Below the pieces are notes generated by a model. That model made no database searches and was not told the origin of the DNA. It saw nothing but the letters and a program-made list of their open reading frames with translations. Position numbers and translations under genes: made by a program. Shown piece after piece: positions 1 through 9,509 of a DNA stretch of 64,000 bases. The stretch is from assembly GCA_050948885.1 (NCBI GenBank), contig JBMNER010000004.1, positions 18,965 to 82,964 on the forward strand, given 5' to 3'. Each line of letters starts with the position of its first letter. Position 1 is the stretch's first letter. This DNA comes from Bacilli bacterium (GTDB lineage Bacteria; Bacillota_I; Bacilli_A; RF39; UBA660).

Positions 1-509
1 ACTATGTAATAAGATTAAAGCGATGGTTTTATCCTTTATTTGGTCTTCAATGTTATTTACTATTTGATCTGCATTATCAGCTAAGATATCGCCACTATCA
101 ACATTCCAATCAAAGTATTCAAAGCCCCGTTGTTGAAGAATTTTAATATATCCAGTTATTTGTTCCGGCGTAGCCATCAAAGTAGAACTGCCCCCCGGAA
201 AACGAAAAAGGTTGTGATGCTGACCAGTTAAATTATAAATTATTTTATCAGTTAATTCTAACTCATTAATAAAATTGGTCGCGTTTAGATAGATAAGATT
301 ATAATCATGGGTATATGAATGGTTGCCTATTTGGTGGCCCTCTTTTTTCAGCCGCTGAATTACATCCGGAAAGCGTTTGGCATTTATGCCAATAATAAAG
401 AAAGTCCCTTTAACCTGATATTGATTTAAAATATTAATAATTTCATTAGTATATACCGTCGGGCCATCATCAAAAGTTAAATACGCAATCTTATCATACA
501 ATTGAATCA
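1..509 (-). CDS. Polysaccharide deacetylase (NodB-homology domain), 3'-truncated by the window start; probable TTG start near 509
   Basis: My reverse-strand translation gives LIQLYDKIAYLTFDDGP...GNHSYTHD...RFPGG, the NodB-domain motifs TFDDGP and HxxxH. The frame runs to position 1. Two TAA stops lie just upstream of the TTG. Confidence 0.6.
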
Positions 510-624
510 AACCCCCAATATAATAAAATTTATCTTATTATATTAGGAGAACTTGGTTATGACCTTAAATTATTAGAATTTGCGTTTTTATTTTTTAAAA
601 AAATAATCACAAGTGAGTAACTGC

Positions 625-1395
625 TTACCCTACTCGACGTGATTGAATCTCCGCAATTTTTTCTAATACTTCTTTAGCGTTAGCTTCGTTTATTTCAATA
701 TAACCTAATTCTTTTAACGCTTGGACTTTGGCTGAATTTAACTCTTGAGTACGACTTAATTTTTCTTCCTTTTTCTGCTCTATTTCTTGAATAAACCGTT
801 TATGAGTTTCCGCTACTTTCGTTTTTGAAGCTCCACCATTATAATACAAAGTCATCGCTGAGTACATAATGCTTTCAAAAATAAATTGTTGTTCGTTATC
901 ATAAACAAACTCCATTGGTGATGTAAACCCTGTTGCTTTTGATATATACGCAAGAATATATTCCAATTCTTTAACTGTTTCCATAGACTGTAAGAAATGA
1001 TATAAATAACGTATGGTATTAATAGTATTTTTATCGCGTTCATCAGTTAATTTTTCCTTTAATAACTGCATAATATCGGTAAATATTTCTTGTTCCTTTT
1101 TATTAAAACCCTTAAAATCACTTAGGCCTTCATTAGTATCCGCGTTAATAATTTGATTTAATTTAGCTTCAACTTCTATAATATAATCCGTATTAATCGT
1201 TATTTTGTCTAATTCCGATGATGATTTGATATTAAGTAAATCAAAAAACTTTAACTTCTTCTCCTTAGGCCAAAGATCAATATCCCCCATTTCTAAGTAA
1301 TTGTATACCATTTGTCGTGAAACACCTAAATATTTGGCTAGACTAACTTTTGATATTTGTAACTCTTGTAATATACGATCTACCTTCTGCATCAT
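625..1395 (-). CDS. XRE-family helix-turn-helix transcriptional regulator with a long C-terminal domain
   Basis: N-terminal HTH: SLAKYLGVSRQMVYNYLEMGD. A GGAGG ribosome-binding site precedes the ATGATG start. Stop codon verified at 625-627. Confidence 0.6.
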   Translation of the reverse strand: MMQKVDRILQELQISKVSLAKYLGVSRQMVYNYLEMGDIDLWPKEKKLKFFDLLNIKSSSELDKITINTDYIIEVEAKLNQIINADTNEGLSDFKGFNKKEQEIFTDIMQLLKEKLTDERDKNTINTIRYLYHFLQSMETVKELEYILAYISKATGFTSPMEFVYDNEQQFIFESIMYSAMTLYYNGGASKTKVAETHKRFIQEIEQKKEEKLSRTQELNSAKVQALKELGYIEINEANAKEVLEKIAEIQSRRVG

Positions 1396-1434
1396 AACTA
1401 AAACCTCCTAATTATATTTTATCACTTTCAACAT

Positions 1435-1464
1435 CATTGTCAAGTTGTAAACAAGATGACAACG
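1435..1464. promoter_or_regulatory. Imperfect 14-nt-arm palindrome (CATTGTCAAGTTGT..ACAAGATGACAACG) between the mnmA stop and the XRE gene start; candidate operator or weak terminator
   Basis: The arms match at 11 of 14 positions. Half-sites are TTGTCA and TGACAA. It sits immediately upstream of the XRE gene's promoter and RBS region. Confidence 0.25.
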
Positions 1465-1465
1465 C

Positions 1466-2572
1466 TTATAGAAAGTGACGACGCTGATTATTAAATAGGG
1501 CTTCTTTAATAATACCGCCACCTAAACATTCATCCTCAGCATAAAAAACACAAGCTTGTCCTGGTGTAACGGCTTTTATTTTTTGCGGATATAAAACCTT
1601 AATAGTATCATTAGTTAAATATTCTAAAGTAACCGCTTGTGGTGATTGACGATAACGAAATTGTGCCAGACACTGCTTTGGCTTATGATTTCCTAACCAA
1701 TTAACGTTTTCAATAATGGCCGCATCACTATATAAAAATTCATTCTTATCCCCAAGGGCCACATATAAAATATTTTGTTTTAAGTCTTTACCAACTACAA
1801 ATAGTTTTTCTTGTTGACCACCAACATTTAAGCCCCGACGTTGTCCAATCGTATAATTCATTAATCCTTGGTGCTTACCAATTGTTTCCTTGGTTGTTAA
1901 ATTAACAATAGGACCTGGTTTAATGGGTAAATAGTTACGCAAAAAATTAGTAAATTTACGTTCGCCAATAAAACAAATACCAGTTGATCCCTTTTTGGTG
2001 GCGGTGATTAAATTATTTTCAGCGGCAAACCTTCTAACTTCCTGTTTGGTTAAATCCCCAATAGGAAACAAAACATCTTGTAATTGTTTTTTGGAAAGTT
2101 GTGATAGAAAATAAGTTTGATCTTTGTTCTTGTCAAGGGCACGATATAACTTACCGTCAACTAAACGGGCATAGTGTCCAGTGGCTACAAAATCAGCCCC
2201 TAGTCTTTTAGCTTCTTTAATAAACAAATCAAACTTAATATATTTATTACACATAATATCAGGGTTAGGAGTTCGCCCTTTTTTTAATTCAGTTAAAAAA
2301 TAAGTAAAGACATAATCCCAATATTCTTTGACAAAATCCACCCGCTGTAATTTAATCTTCAGTTTAGCACACACAGAGGCGGCATCATTATAGTCTTGCT
2401 CCTGTGGACAAATAAAATCATGCAGATGGGGGTTTCCTAAAACATCATTATTTATGGTGCTATCCCAGTTACGCATAAATAAACCGATGACTTGATACCC
2501 CTGTTGTTTTAATAATAAAGCGGCTACCGATGAATCAACCCCGCCACTCATTCCGACTACTACTGTTTTCAT
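1466..2572 (-). CDS. mnmA: tRNA-specific 2-thiouridylase MnmA
   Basis: PP-loop motif VVVGMSGGVDSSVAA and a full-length MnmA-like sequence. Confidence 0.95.
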   Translation of the reverse strand: MKTVVVGMSGGVDSSVAALLLKQQGYQVIGLFMRNWDSTINNDVLGNPHLHDFICPQEQDYNDAASVCAKLKIKLQRVDFVKEYWDYVFTYFLTELKKGRTPNPDIMCNKYIKFDLFIKEAKRLGADFVATGHYARLVDGKLYRALDKNKDQTYFLSQLSKKQLQDVLFPIGDLTKQEVRRFAAENNLITATKKGSTGICFIGERKFTNFLRNYLPIKPGPIVNLTTKETIGKHQGLMNYTIGQRRGLNVGGQQEKLFVVGKDLKQNILYVALGDKNEFLYSDAAIIENVNWLGNHKPKQCLAQFRYRQSPQAVTLEYLTNDTIKVLYPQKIKAVTPGQACVFYAEDECLGGGIIKEALFNNQRRHFL

Positions 2573-2607
2573 AATATCACCTATTATTATTATACCATGT
2601 TAACAAA

Positions 2608-3228
2608 TTAAGGTAAAAAAAATCTAATAATATTCGGGATGACAAAAACAGTATATAAAATAACGATACTAGTTAGAATAAGCGTCATACTTAGAATTTT
2701 AAGGTAACGGTTCATTATCTCAGCAAAATTAATGGTTTTTGATTTAAGTAGAGCTAATAGTAGATTGATAGAAAAAGTAACCGCATAATAACCTAAAATC
2801 ATCGTTATAATTACAGTAATAATATAATGTGGGAAGATATAAAGTAAAGCAATGAAGAGTCCATATATTTTATATTGATAGATGATGCTAGTAATACCAA
2901 AGCCAATAATAAAACCTTTAAAAAAGAGAAAAAAGAGAATTAGAGGTAACCCAATAATTGATAACCCTAGTAACCATAATAAAATAATATAGGAAAAATT
3001 AGCTAAAAAGTTATTTTTTAAAGCCCATAAATAATTTAAGTTATTATCTTTAATACTATCAAAATAAGCCTTAACTTTATTAATTACCAATAGTTTGTCA
3101 TGGTTGTCCAAAATACTCATAAATAAAGAACCACAAAAACAACCAGCGAGAATTAAACCAAAAATAAAAGCATAGCCACGTTTACGCCGGGATAACTCTT
3201 TTTTAAACTCTTGGTATATGGTAATCAT
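2608..3228 (-). CDS. SpoIIM-like (DUF95 family) polytopic membrane protein
   Basis: About 5 predicted TM helices. Size and N-terminus resemble stage II sporulation protein M. Family assignment is from memory. Confidence 0.4.
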   Translation of the reverse strand: MITIYQEFKKELSRRKRGYAFIFGLILAGCFCGSLFMSILDNHDKLLVINKVKAYFDSIKDNNLNYLWALKNNFLANFSYIILLWLLGLSIIGLPLILFFLFFKGFIIGFGITSIIYQYKIYGLFIALLYIFPHYIITVIITMILGYYAVTFSINLLLALLKSKTINFAEIMNRYLKILSMTLILTSIVILYTVFVIPNIIRFFLP

Positions 3229-3324
3229 CTTATCACCCTTTAACTAATAATATTAATAACAAGGTATTTTATGCTTGGCAAAAGAGGCAAATAATATTAT
3301 AATTTTGTTATGAGGTGATTGACA

Positions 3325-3414
3325 ATGAATAAAAAAGTAACTAAAGTAGTCGCATATATTTTAATCTTTGGTTTGTTATTATCGATATTATCCAGTATTT
3401 TACTTTTATTTTAA
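3325..3414 (+). CDS. Small hydrophobic peptide (29 aa; MNKKVTKVVAYILIFGLLLSILSSILLLF), not in the ORF track
   Basis: GAGGTGA ribosome-binding site 6 nt upstream. A single TM helix. A perfect palindromic terminator follows directly. Confidence 0.3.
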   Translation: MNKKVTKVVAYILIFGLLLSILSSILLLF

Positions 3415-3418
3415 TGGA

Positions 3419-3440
3419 AAAAGACTCATATGAGTCTTTT
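3419..3440. terminator. Perfect 22-nt palindrome AAAAGACTCATATGAGTCTTTT; bidirectional rho-independent terminator between the small + ORF and spoIVB
   Basis: Perfect inverted repeat with an A-run on one side and a T-run on the other. Confidence 0.6.
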
Positions 3441-3441
3441 T

Positions 3442-4449
3442 CTAATTTTTTGCTTCCTCCAGCATCCATTTGAGATAAATTCCATAACCTTTCTTGGAAT
3501 CATCAATAATAACGTGGGTCACGGCCCCTATTATCTGATTATTTTGAATAATGGGGCTACCACTCATGCCTTGCACTACTCCCCCAGTGACATCTAATAA
3601 CTTATCATCAATAATTTCAAATAAAATGTTTTTAAATTTTTGATGGTCATTGTTATTTAGTTTAATAATATTAATATCAAATGCTTCCACCTTTTGTTCG
3701 GTTAAAACAGTATAAATCGTTGCGGGTCCCAAGGTTACTTCACTCGGTTGGGCTACTTTTAAGCTTGGCCGATTAGGTAACGCTCCGGTATAAGCGCCAA
3801 AAACCCCAGAGACGGTATTATTATAAATTGAACCTAAAATCTTATCGGCATAAAAGCGGGCATTTTTTTCGCCAGGACTACCACGAATACTTTTTTCAAT
3901 CCCAACGACATCAGATTTAAAAATTTTCCCATCTTTTACTTCAATCTTTTGGCCAGTTGTTTTTTCTATAATTTCATGTCCTAACGCACCAAAAGTTTTA
4001 GTATTAGGGTCAATATAGGTTAAAGTACCAATCCCATTGACACTGTCTTTTACGTATAAGCCAGTTTTGTAAACATTATCATTATGTTTAGCTAGGGTTA
4101 AAATGGTTTCTGAGAAAACATTGTTCCGTTGATATCTAATAATTAAATTAGTATATTGTTTACTTTTGTTAATTTCCGATACCATATCAGAAATAGTATA
4201 AACATCAGCATTATTAATGGCGATAATTTTATCACCAATTCGTAACCCAGCATCTTTTCCCGGATACTCACCATTAACCTTATAAAGTCCGACGATAATA
4301 ATACCTTTAGAATTAATTTGAATACCAATATTTTCCCCACCAGGAATAACATAAGCGGAATAAGCAAAGACAAAGGATGGAATAATATAAAGGACTAGGA
4401 GAAAAGCATAAGCAATGTTTTTAAATTTTTTTAAAAACATTCTTGTCAT
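3442..4449 (-). CDS. spoIVB: SpoIVB peptidase (S55) with PDZ domain
   Basis: N-terminal TM/signal segment, a PDZ-like segment (GLRIGDKIIAINN), GALGHEI and a GMSGSPI serine-peptidase motif. Confidence 0.8.
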   Translation of the reverse strand: MTRMFLKKFKNIAYAFLLVLYIIPSFVFAYSAYVIPGGENIGIQINSKGIIIVGLYKVNGEYPGKDAGLRIGDKIIAINNADVYTISDMVSEINKSKQYTNLIIRYQRNNVFSETILTLAKHNDNVYKTGLYVKDSVNGIGTLTYIDPNTKTFGALGHEIIEKTTGQKIEVKDGKIFKSDVVGIEKSIRGSPGEKNARFYADKILGSIYNNTVSGVFGAYTGALPNRPSLKVAQPSEVTLGPATIYTVLTEQKVEAFDINIIKLNNNDHQKFKNILFEIIDDKLLDVTGGVVQGMSGSPIIQNNQIIGAVTHVIIDDSKKGYGIYLKWMLEEAKN

Positions 4450-4554
4450 CTCCTTTTCAAAATACAGACTACATTATTATTATTAAATTTTAAAGGTTTT
4501 TTATAAGCAATAAAAAATGCCATTTTATTTGCTATTTTTTTATTTTTTTAAACT

Positions 4555-4779
4555 TTAAGTTTCTAAATCAAAATCAACTAACTTATCATCATTGGTTAAA
4601 ATTTTATTAACTTGTTGTTCAATATTAGTTAATTTATCACTACATTCTTTAGCTAATTTCATAGCTTCATTAAACTTATCAATCGCATCATCTAAATTGA
4701 CGTCGCCACTTTCTAATTCACGCACAATCTTTTCTAATTGTTTTAGTTTTTCTTCAAAACTTATTTCTTTCTTAACCAT
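4555..4779 (-). CDS. xseB: Exodeoxyribonuclease VII small subunit
   Basis: 74 aa; EKLKQLEKIVRELESGDVNLDDAIDKFNEA is XseB-like. Confidence 0.9.
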   Translation of the reverse strand: MVKKEISFEEKLKQLEKIVRELESGDVNLDDAIDKFNEAMKLAKECSDKLTNIEQQVNKILTNDDKLVDFDLET

Positions 4780-4780
4780 T

Positions 4781-5989
4781 TTATTCCTCCTTAATTTCTT
4801 TAACCATTGCTTTAACTAAACCATCTTTTAAATAAATATCAATTAAATCATCAATTTTTAATTTATTAACCATTGAAACGGTGACGGCTTGCTTTTTAAC
4901 TACCGCATAACCTCTTTTAATTACCTTTAAAGGGTTTAATATCTCTAGTTGTTTAATAAGATTAAAACAATTACTTTTAGCATAGGTTATTTTGTTTGTC
5001 ATAATACTTACTAAACGCTCCACTAAATTATCTAACTTCTGACCTTTAATTTCATAGATGGCTAGTGGTTTTTTTAAAACATAAGCCGTCTTTAACTGCG
5101 TTAATTTTAACTGTTCTTGTTCAATCTTATTTTTAATCGCCTCACTAATTCTAATCTTAACTTGACTAATATAGTTTAAGATATCGGTGATATTGGGAAC
5201 GACTATTTCGGCGGCCCCAGTTGGGGTTGGAGCTCTTAAATCAGCTACTAGATCACTGATAGTAAAATCTATTTCATGACCTACCGCACTAACAATGGGA
5301 ATTGGACAAGCAAAGATGGCTCGGGCTACACTTTCTTCATTAAAGGCCCATAAATCTTCAATTGAACCACCGCCACGACCAATAATTAACACATCCAAGT
5401 GATAATCTTCGGCTCTTTTTAATTGCCAAACTAAATCATCCTTAGCCTCACTACCTTGCACTAATGACGGGAATAAAATGGTCTCACAAAGCGGATAACG
5501 ACGCTTAATAGTAGAAATAATATCTTTAATAGCCGCCCCGGTGGGGGCGGTAATAATCCCTACCCGACTAGGAATTTTCGGGATTTTCTTTTTATGAATA
5601 TAATCAAATAAGCCCTCAGCTTGTAACTTTTTCTTTAATTGTTCATACGCAATAAATAAATTACCAAGACCATCTTCTAACATTTCCTCAACATAGACTT
5701 GATAACTACCACTAGCTTCATAAACGCTTATTTGACCGGTGATTAAAACTTTCATACCGTCTTGCGGTTGAAATGGAAGCTTACGGTTATTAAAGGCAAA
5801 CATCACGGCCTTCACCCGACTGGTTTCATCCTTAATAGTAAAATAATAGTGACCACTCGTATGGGCTTTAAAGTTAGATAACTCCCCTTTTAGATAAATA
5901 GTTTGCAGAAAGGGATCACTATCAATATAAGTCTTTAAATATTTATTTAAAGCGCCAACCGTTATATATTCTCTTTCCAACTTTATCAC
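4781..5989 (-). CDS. xseA: Exodeoxyribonuclease VII large subunit
   Basis: N-terminal OB-fold plus catalytic domain. Overlaps nusB by 4 nt and abuts xseB. Confidence 0.9.
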   Translation of the reverse strand: MIKLEREYITVGALNKYLKTYIDSDPFLQTIYLKGELSNFKAHTSGHYYFTIKDETSRVKAVMFAFNNRKLPFQPQDGMKVLITGQISVYEASGSYQVYVEEMLEDGLGNLFIAYEQLKKKLQAEGLFDYIHKKKIPKIPSRVGIITAPTGAAIKDIISTIKRRYPLCETILFPSLVQGSEAKDDLVWQLKRAEDYHLDVLIIGRGGGSIEDLWAFNEESVARAIFACPIPIVSAVGHEIDFTISDLVADLRAPTPTGAAEIVVPNITDILNYISQVKIRISEAIKNKIEQEQLKLTQLKTAYVLKKPLAIYEIKGQKLDNLVERLVSIMTNKITYAKSNCFNLIKQLEILNPLKVIKRGYAVVKKQAVTVSMVNKLKIDDLIDIYLKDGLVKAMVKEIKEE

Positions 5990-6390
5990 CTCATATTATG
6001 ATATATCTTATCTAAAACCCCATTAATCATTTTAACTACTCGCTCATCGGAATATAATTTGGCTAATTCAACAGCTTCATTAATACAAACAAGGGGTGGC
6101 GTATCAGTATATAAAAGTTCATAAATGCCCATTCGTAAAATAACTTGATCCGTACTACCAAGGCGTTCAATCATCCAATCTTTTAGATATTCGTTCGCTT
6201 TTTGATCGATAGTCTTTTGGTTATCTAAAACCCCATGGATAATTTGGTTAACAAAGGCATTTTGGTCTTTTACTTCCGCCTGAATAATATCGGTTAAATT
6301 ATAATCAAGTTTTAATTTCTGATAAAGGAAGACTTGATATAGTATAGTCATTATTTTAGTTCTTAATAAACGGCGACTTAATTCTTTCAT
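5986..6390 (-). CDS. nusB: Transcription antitermination factor NusB; start moved to the internal ATG (MKELSRRLL)
   Basis: A GGTGG ribosome-binding site lies 4 nt upstream of the 6390 ATG. The 6408 ATG has no RBS. NusB-like RRxAR N-terminus. Confidence 0.8.
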   Translation of the reverse strand: MKELSRRLLRTKIMTILYQVFLYQKLKLDYNLTDIIQAEVKDQNAFVNQIIHGVLDNQKTIDQKANEYLKDWMIERLGSTDQVILRMGIYELLYTDTPPLVCINEAVELAKLYSDERVVKMINGVLDKIYHNMR

Positions 6391-6445
6391 TTTACCACCT
6401 ATCGTCATTTTATCATAAATAATTGATTACTTAAAGAAGAAAACA

Positions 6446-8995
6446 TTAATCATCCTTTAACATTTTCTTTAGCTCATATAGTTTATTTAAAGCCTCAATT
6501 GGGGTAATGGTAAGGGGATTAAGAGTTTGTAGTTCTTGTTCAATTAGGCTAGGTTCTGAGGCTTTAAATGGTGGTTCAAGATTAAAAGTTATTTGGTTGG
6601 TTTTGGTTAAACCATTATTATTATTTTCATAACCTTTTAAGATATGATGGGCTCTTTTAATTAAAGGAGCGGGTAAATTAGCTAATTTAGCGACATGAAT
6701 CCCATAACTTTTATCCACGGCTCCGTCTTTTACTTGATGGAGAAAAACAAGCTCACCCTCTTCTTCATAAGCACTAACATGAATGTTTTTTAAATTAGTT
6801 AGGTTTTTGTCAAGTGATGTTAATTCATGATAATGAGTAGAAAAGAGAGTTTTAGCCTTGATGTGTTCATGAATATATTCAATCATAGCTTGGGCGATAC
6901 TCATCCCATCATAAGTAGCCGTACCACGCCCTAATTCATCAAATAAAATTAAACTCTGCCTAGTCGCCTGGGTAATGGCTCTATTAGCTTCCAACATTTC
7001 CACCATAAAGGTTGATTCGCCACTTACTAAATCATCACTGGCTCCAATACGAGTAAAAATCTGATCAAAAATAGGTAGTTGAGCCGCAAGAGCGGGAACG
7101 TAACAACCTATTTGAGCCATAATAACAATTAGGGCTAATTGGCGCATATAAGTTGATTTACCAGCCATATTAGGGCCAGTAATAAGAAGGATATTAGTGT
7201 TATCATCCATTATAATATCATTAGGGACAAATTCACCAGTAGCAACTCTTTCCACTAAGGGATGACGACTACCCTTGATATTGATAGATCGTTCTTTAGT
7301 TAAAGTTGGTCTCACATAGTGATACTTTTCAGCTACAGTAGCAAAAGATTGTAAGACATCAATGGTGGCAATAATATGGGCATTCCTTTGTAACTTGGGA
7401 ATATAGGCTTTAACCTGCTCTCTAATATCTAAAAATAATTCATATTCAAGATCAATTATTTTTTCTTCGGCGCCTAAAATAAGGGCTTCTTTTTCTTTTA
7501 ATTCCGGTGTAATATAACGCTCACAATTAGCGAGAGTTTGTCTCCGTTCATAATTATATTCATCTTTAATTAAATTAATATTACCTTTACTTACTTCAAT
7601 ATAATAACCAAAAATCTTATTAAAACCAACTTTTAAGTTCTTAATACCGGTTTTCTTACGTTCCGTTTGTTCTAATTTAGTTAAGAACTTTTTACCACCA
7701 CTTCTAGCTTCCTTTAACTCATCTAAAGTTTGATTATAACCGGATTTAATTAAAAAACCTTCTTTAATTGTGATGGGTGGATTATCATAAATACTACAAT
7801 CTAATAACTGATATAAATTAATAACATCTTCTAATGGTCCTGGACCATTTATCGTTATTAAGTGTTTATTAATAGCCGGTAATACTTGAAGTGAAGTTTT
7901 TAGTTGTAATAAATCACGAGCATTAGCGTTACCATAAGCAATGCGCCCACATAACCTTTCTAAATCATAGATATTTAATAATAACTGTTGTAGCTCCGCT
8001 TTAATAATAAATTCATTTAATAAGGTAGCCACAATATCATAACGATACTTTATTTTAGTTATATCTAATAAGGGTTGTTCCAACCACTTTCTTAATAACC
8101 TTGAACCCATCGCCGTTTTTGTATGATCAAGTAACCATAATAACGAATAAGTTCTTTCTTTCAACCTTAAAGTTTCCACTAATTCTAGATTACGTTTCGT
8201 GTGAATATCCATCTTTAAATATTGGGTGCTCTCGGTAATAACTACGGGCTGCAGATGCGTTAGAGCTCTTTTTTGGGTAGCGACTAAATAGGCGAGTAAG
8301 TGTTTAACCGTTTCTTGATAACGAACATCTTTTAGCTCTCTATATAATTGATGATAATCATCATTTTCTAGCGTACCATCAAAAACACTAGCGCTCAACC
8401 CATGTTGTTGTTTTAAAATGTTAATAATCTTTTTATCAACCTTATCACTAATTACCACTTCCGTTAGATTACGATTTAAAATCTCCCCGATCACCATATC
8501 GGGATCTGGTTCCACTAATAATACATTAATCTCCCCAGTAGAGATATCAGTATAACTAATACCATAAGCATGATGAAAATCAATCACATTACCGAGATAA
8601 TTATTTTCCTTTTCATCAATTGCCTCAGCATTCATAACGGTTCCTTTACTAATGACTTGGACCACGTCTCTTTTAACTAGCCCTTTCGCGTCTTTAGCGT
8701 CTTCTAGTTGTTCACAAATAGCCACCTTATAGCCTTTGTTTAATAGCTTTTCAATATAACCATTAACCGCATGATATGGGACGCCACACATCGGAATACG
8801 TTCTTTTAAACCAGCATTTCTACCCGTTAAAGCAATTTCTAGTTCCCGGGCGGCTAAAATACCATCTTCAAAGAACATCTCATAAAAGTCGCCTAAGCGA
8901 TAAAATAAAATGACTTCTGGATAGTTGTCCTTTATTTCCATATATTGCCTCATCATCGGCGTTAATTTATTACAATCCACTTCTAATCTTTTCAC
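6446..8995 (-). CDS. mutS: DNA mismatch repair protein MutS; start ambiguous among 9004, 8995 and 8956
   Basis: Mismatch-recognition N-terminus TPMMRQYMEIK, Walker A GPNMAGKST and a complete C-terminus. An AGGTGG RBS precedes the GTG at 8995. Confidence 0.9.
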   Translation of the reverse strand: MKRLEVDCNKLTPMMRQYMEIKDNYPEVILFYRLGDFYEMFFEDGILAARELEIALTGRNAGLKERIPMCGVPYHAVNGYIEKLLNKGYKVAICEQLEDAKDAKGLVKRDVVQVISKGTVMNAEAIDEKENNYLGNVIDFHHAYGISYTDISTGEINVLLVEPDPDMVIGEILNRNLTEVVISDKVDKKIINILKQQHGLSASVFDGTLENDDYHQLYRELKDVRYQETVKHLLAYLVATQKRALTHLQPVVITESTQYLKMDIHTKRNLELVETLRLKERTYSLLWLLDHTKTAMGSRLLRKWLEQPLLDITKIKYRYDIVATLLNEFIIKAELQQLLLNIYDLERLCGRIAYGNANARDLLQLKTSLQVLPAINKHLITINGPGPLEDVINLYQLLDCSIYDNPPITIKEGFLIKSGYNQTLDELKEARSGGKKFLTKLEQTERKKTGIKNLKVGFNKIFGYYIEVSKGNINLIKDEYNYERRQTLANCERYITPELKEKEALILGAEEKIIDLEYELFLDIREQVKAYIPKLQRNAHIIATIDVLQSFATVAEKYHYVRPTLTKERSINIKGSRHPLVERVATGEFVPNDIIMDDNTNILLITGPNMAGKSTYMRQLALIVIMAQIGCYVPALAAQLPIFDQIFTRIGASDDLVSGESTFMVEMLEANRAITQATRQSLILFDELGRGTATYDGMSIAQAMIEYIHEHIKAKTLFSTHYHELTSLDKNLTNLKNIHVSAYEEEGELVFLHQVKDGAVDKSYGIHVAKLANLPAPLIKRAHHILKGYENNNNGLTKTNQITFNLEPPFKASEPSLIEQELQTLNPLTITPIEALNKLYELKKMLKDD

Positions 8996-9020
8996 AGCTA
9001 CCACCTATCTTTATTATACC

Positions 9021-9052
9021 AAAAAAAAAGAAGTTAGAAACGACTTCTTTTT
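9021..9052. terminator. Strong rho-independent terminator (AGAAGT-loop-ACTTCT flanked by A9 and T-run) ending the upstream gene before mutS
   Basis: The minus-strand reading is GAAGTcgtttctaACTTC followed by nine T. It overlaps the stop of the 9051..9473 gene. Confidence 0.7.
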
Positions 9053-9473
9053 ATCTTTGTCTTCCTTTTACTGGTGTTTGGGTAGCTTCAGTATTAGCTA
9101 CTCCTAATTGGCGTAATCGTTGGTCGGATTCTGGGTCTAAATAATCAATATCACGTAAAACACCCTCTTTATCTATTTGACATCTGGCCAAAACATTATC
9201 TAATTCTAATAATGCTTCTATTATTTCTTGATTACCATCACTTACTCGATAAAAACAAATTATATTATCGCGGTTTGGTTTATTAGGCAGACCTAAAAGC
9301 GGTCCATTAATGCTATATTTACCCCCGTTTATTTTTTTAAAATGTTCGGCTTGACCCCCATTTTTCAAAATTTCCCGTAATGATTTTATAAAGTCCCCTT
9401 CCCTAATAAGGATAAGTTCAATCTCCTGGTCTGTATTTTCCTTTTTCACTAATTCAACTTCTTTTACTGCCAC
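9051..9473 (-). CDS. Hypothetical 140-aa protein with an acidic N-terminus; no family recognised
   Basis: Clean ORF with its own strong terminator. I could not place the motifs NGGKYSINGPLLG or ICFYRVSDG. Confidence 0.45.
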   Translation of the reverse strand: MAVKEVELVKKENTDQEIELILIREGDFIKSLREILKNGGQAEHFKKINGGKYSINGPLLGLPNKPNRDNIICFYRVSDGNQEIIEALLELDNVLARCQIDKEGVLRDIDYLDPESDQRLRQLGVANTEATQTPVKGRQR

Positions 9474-9509
9474 TTTTACTACCTCCTATAAATTAAAGTG
9501 TCTTTACTT

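Noticed and set aside
4491-4554. Possible terminator hairpin downstream of xseB (AGCAATAAAA..TTTTATTTGCT)
   Set aside because: Imperfect AT-only stem with a bulge, and no U-run on the xseB (minus) strand. Too weak to call.
4592-4819. 75-aa + strand ORF in the track
   Set aside because: Entirely antisense to xseB and xseA. Low-complexity hydrophobic translation and no RBS. Typical AT-rich shadow ORF.
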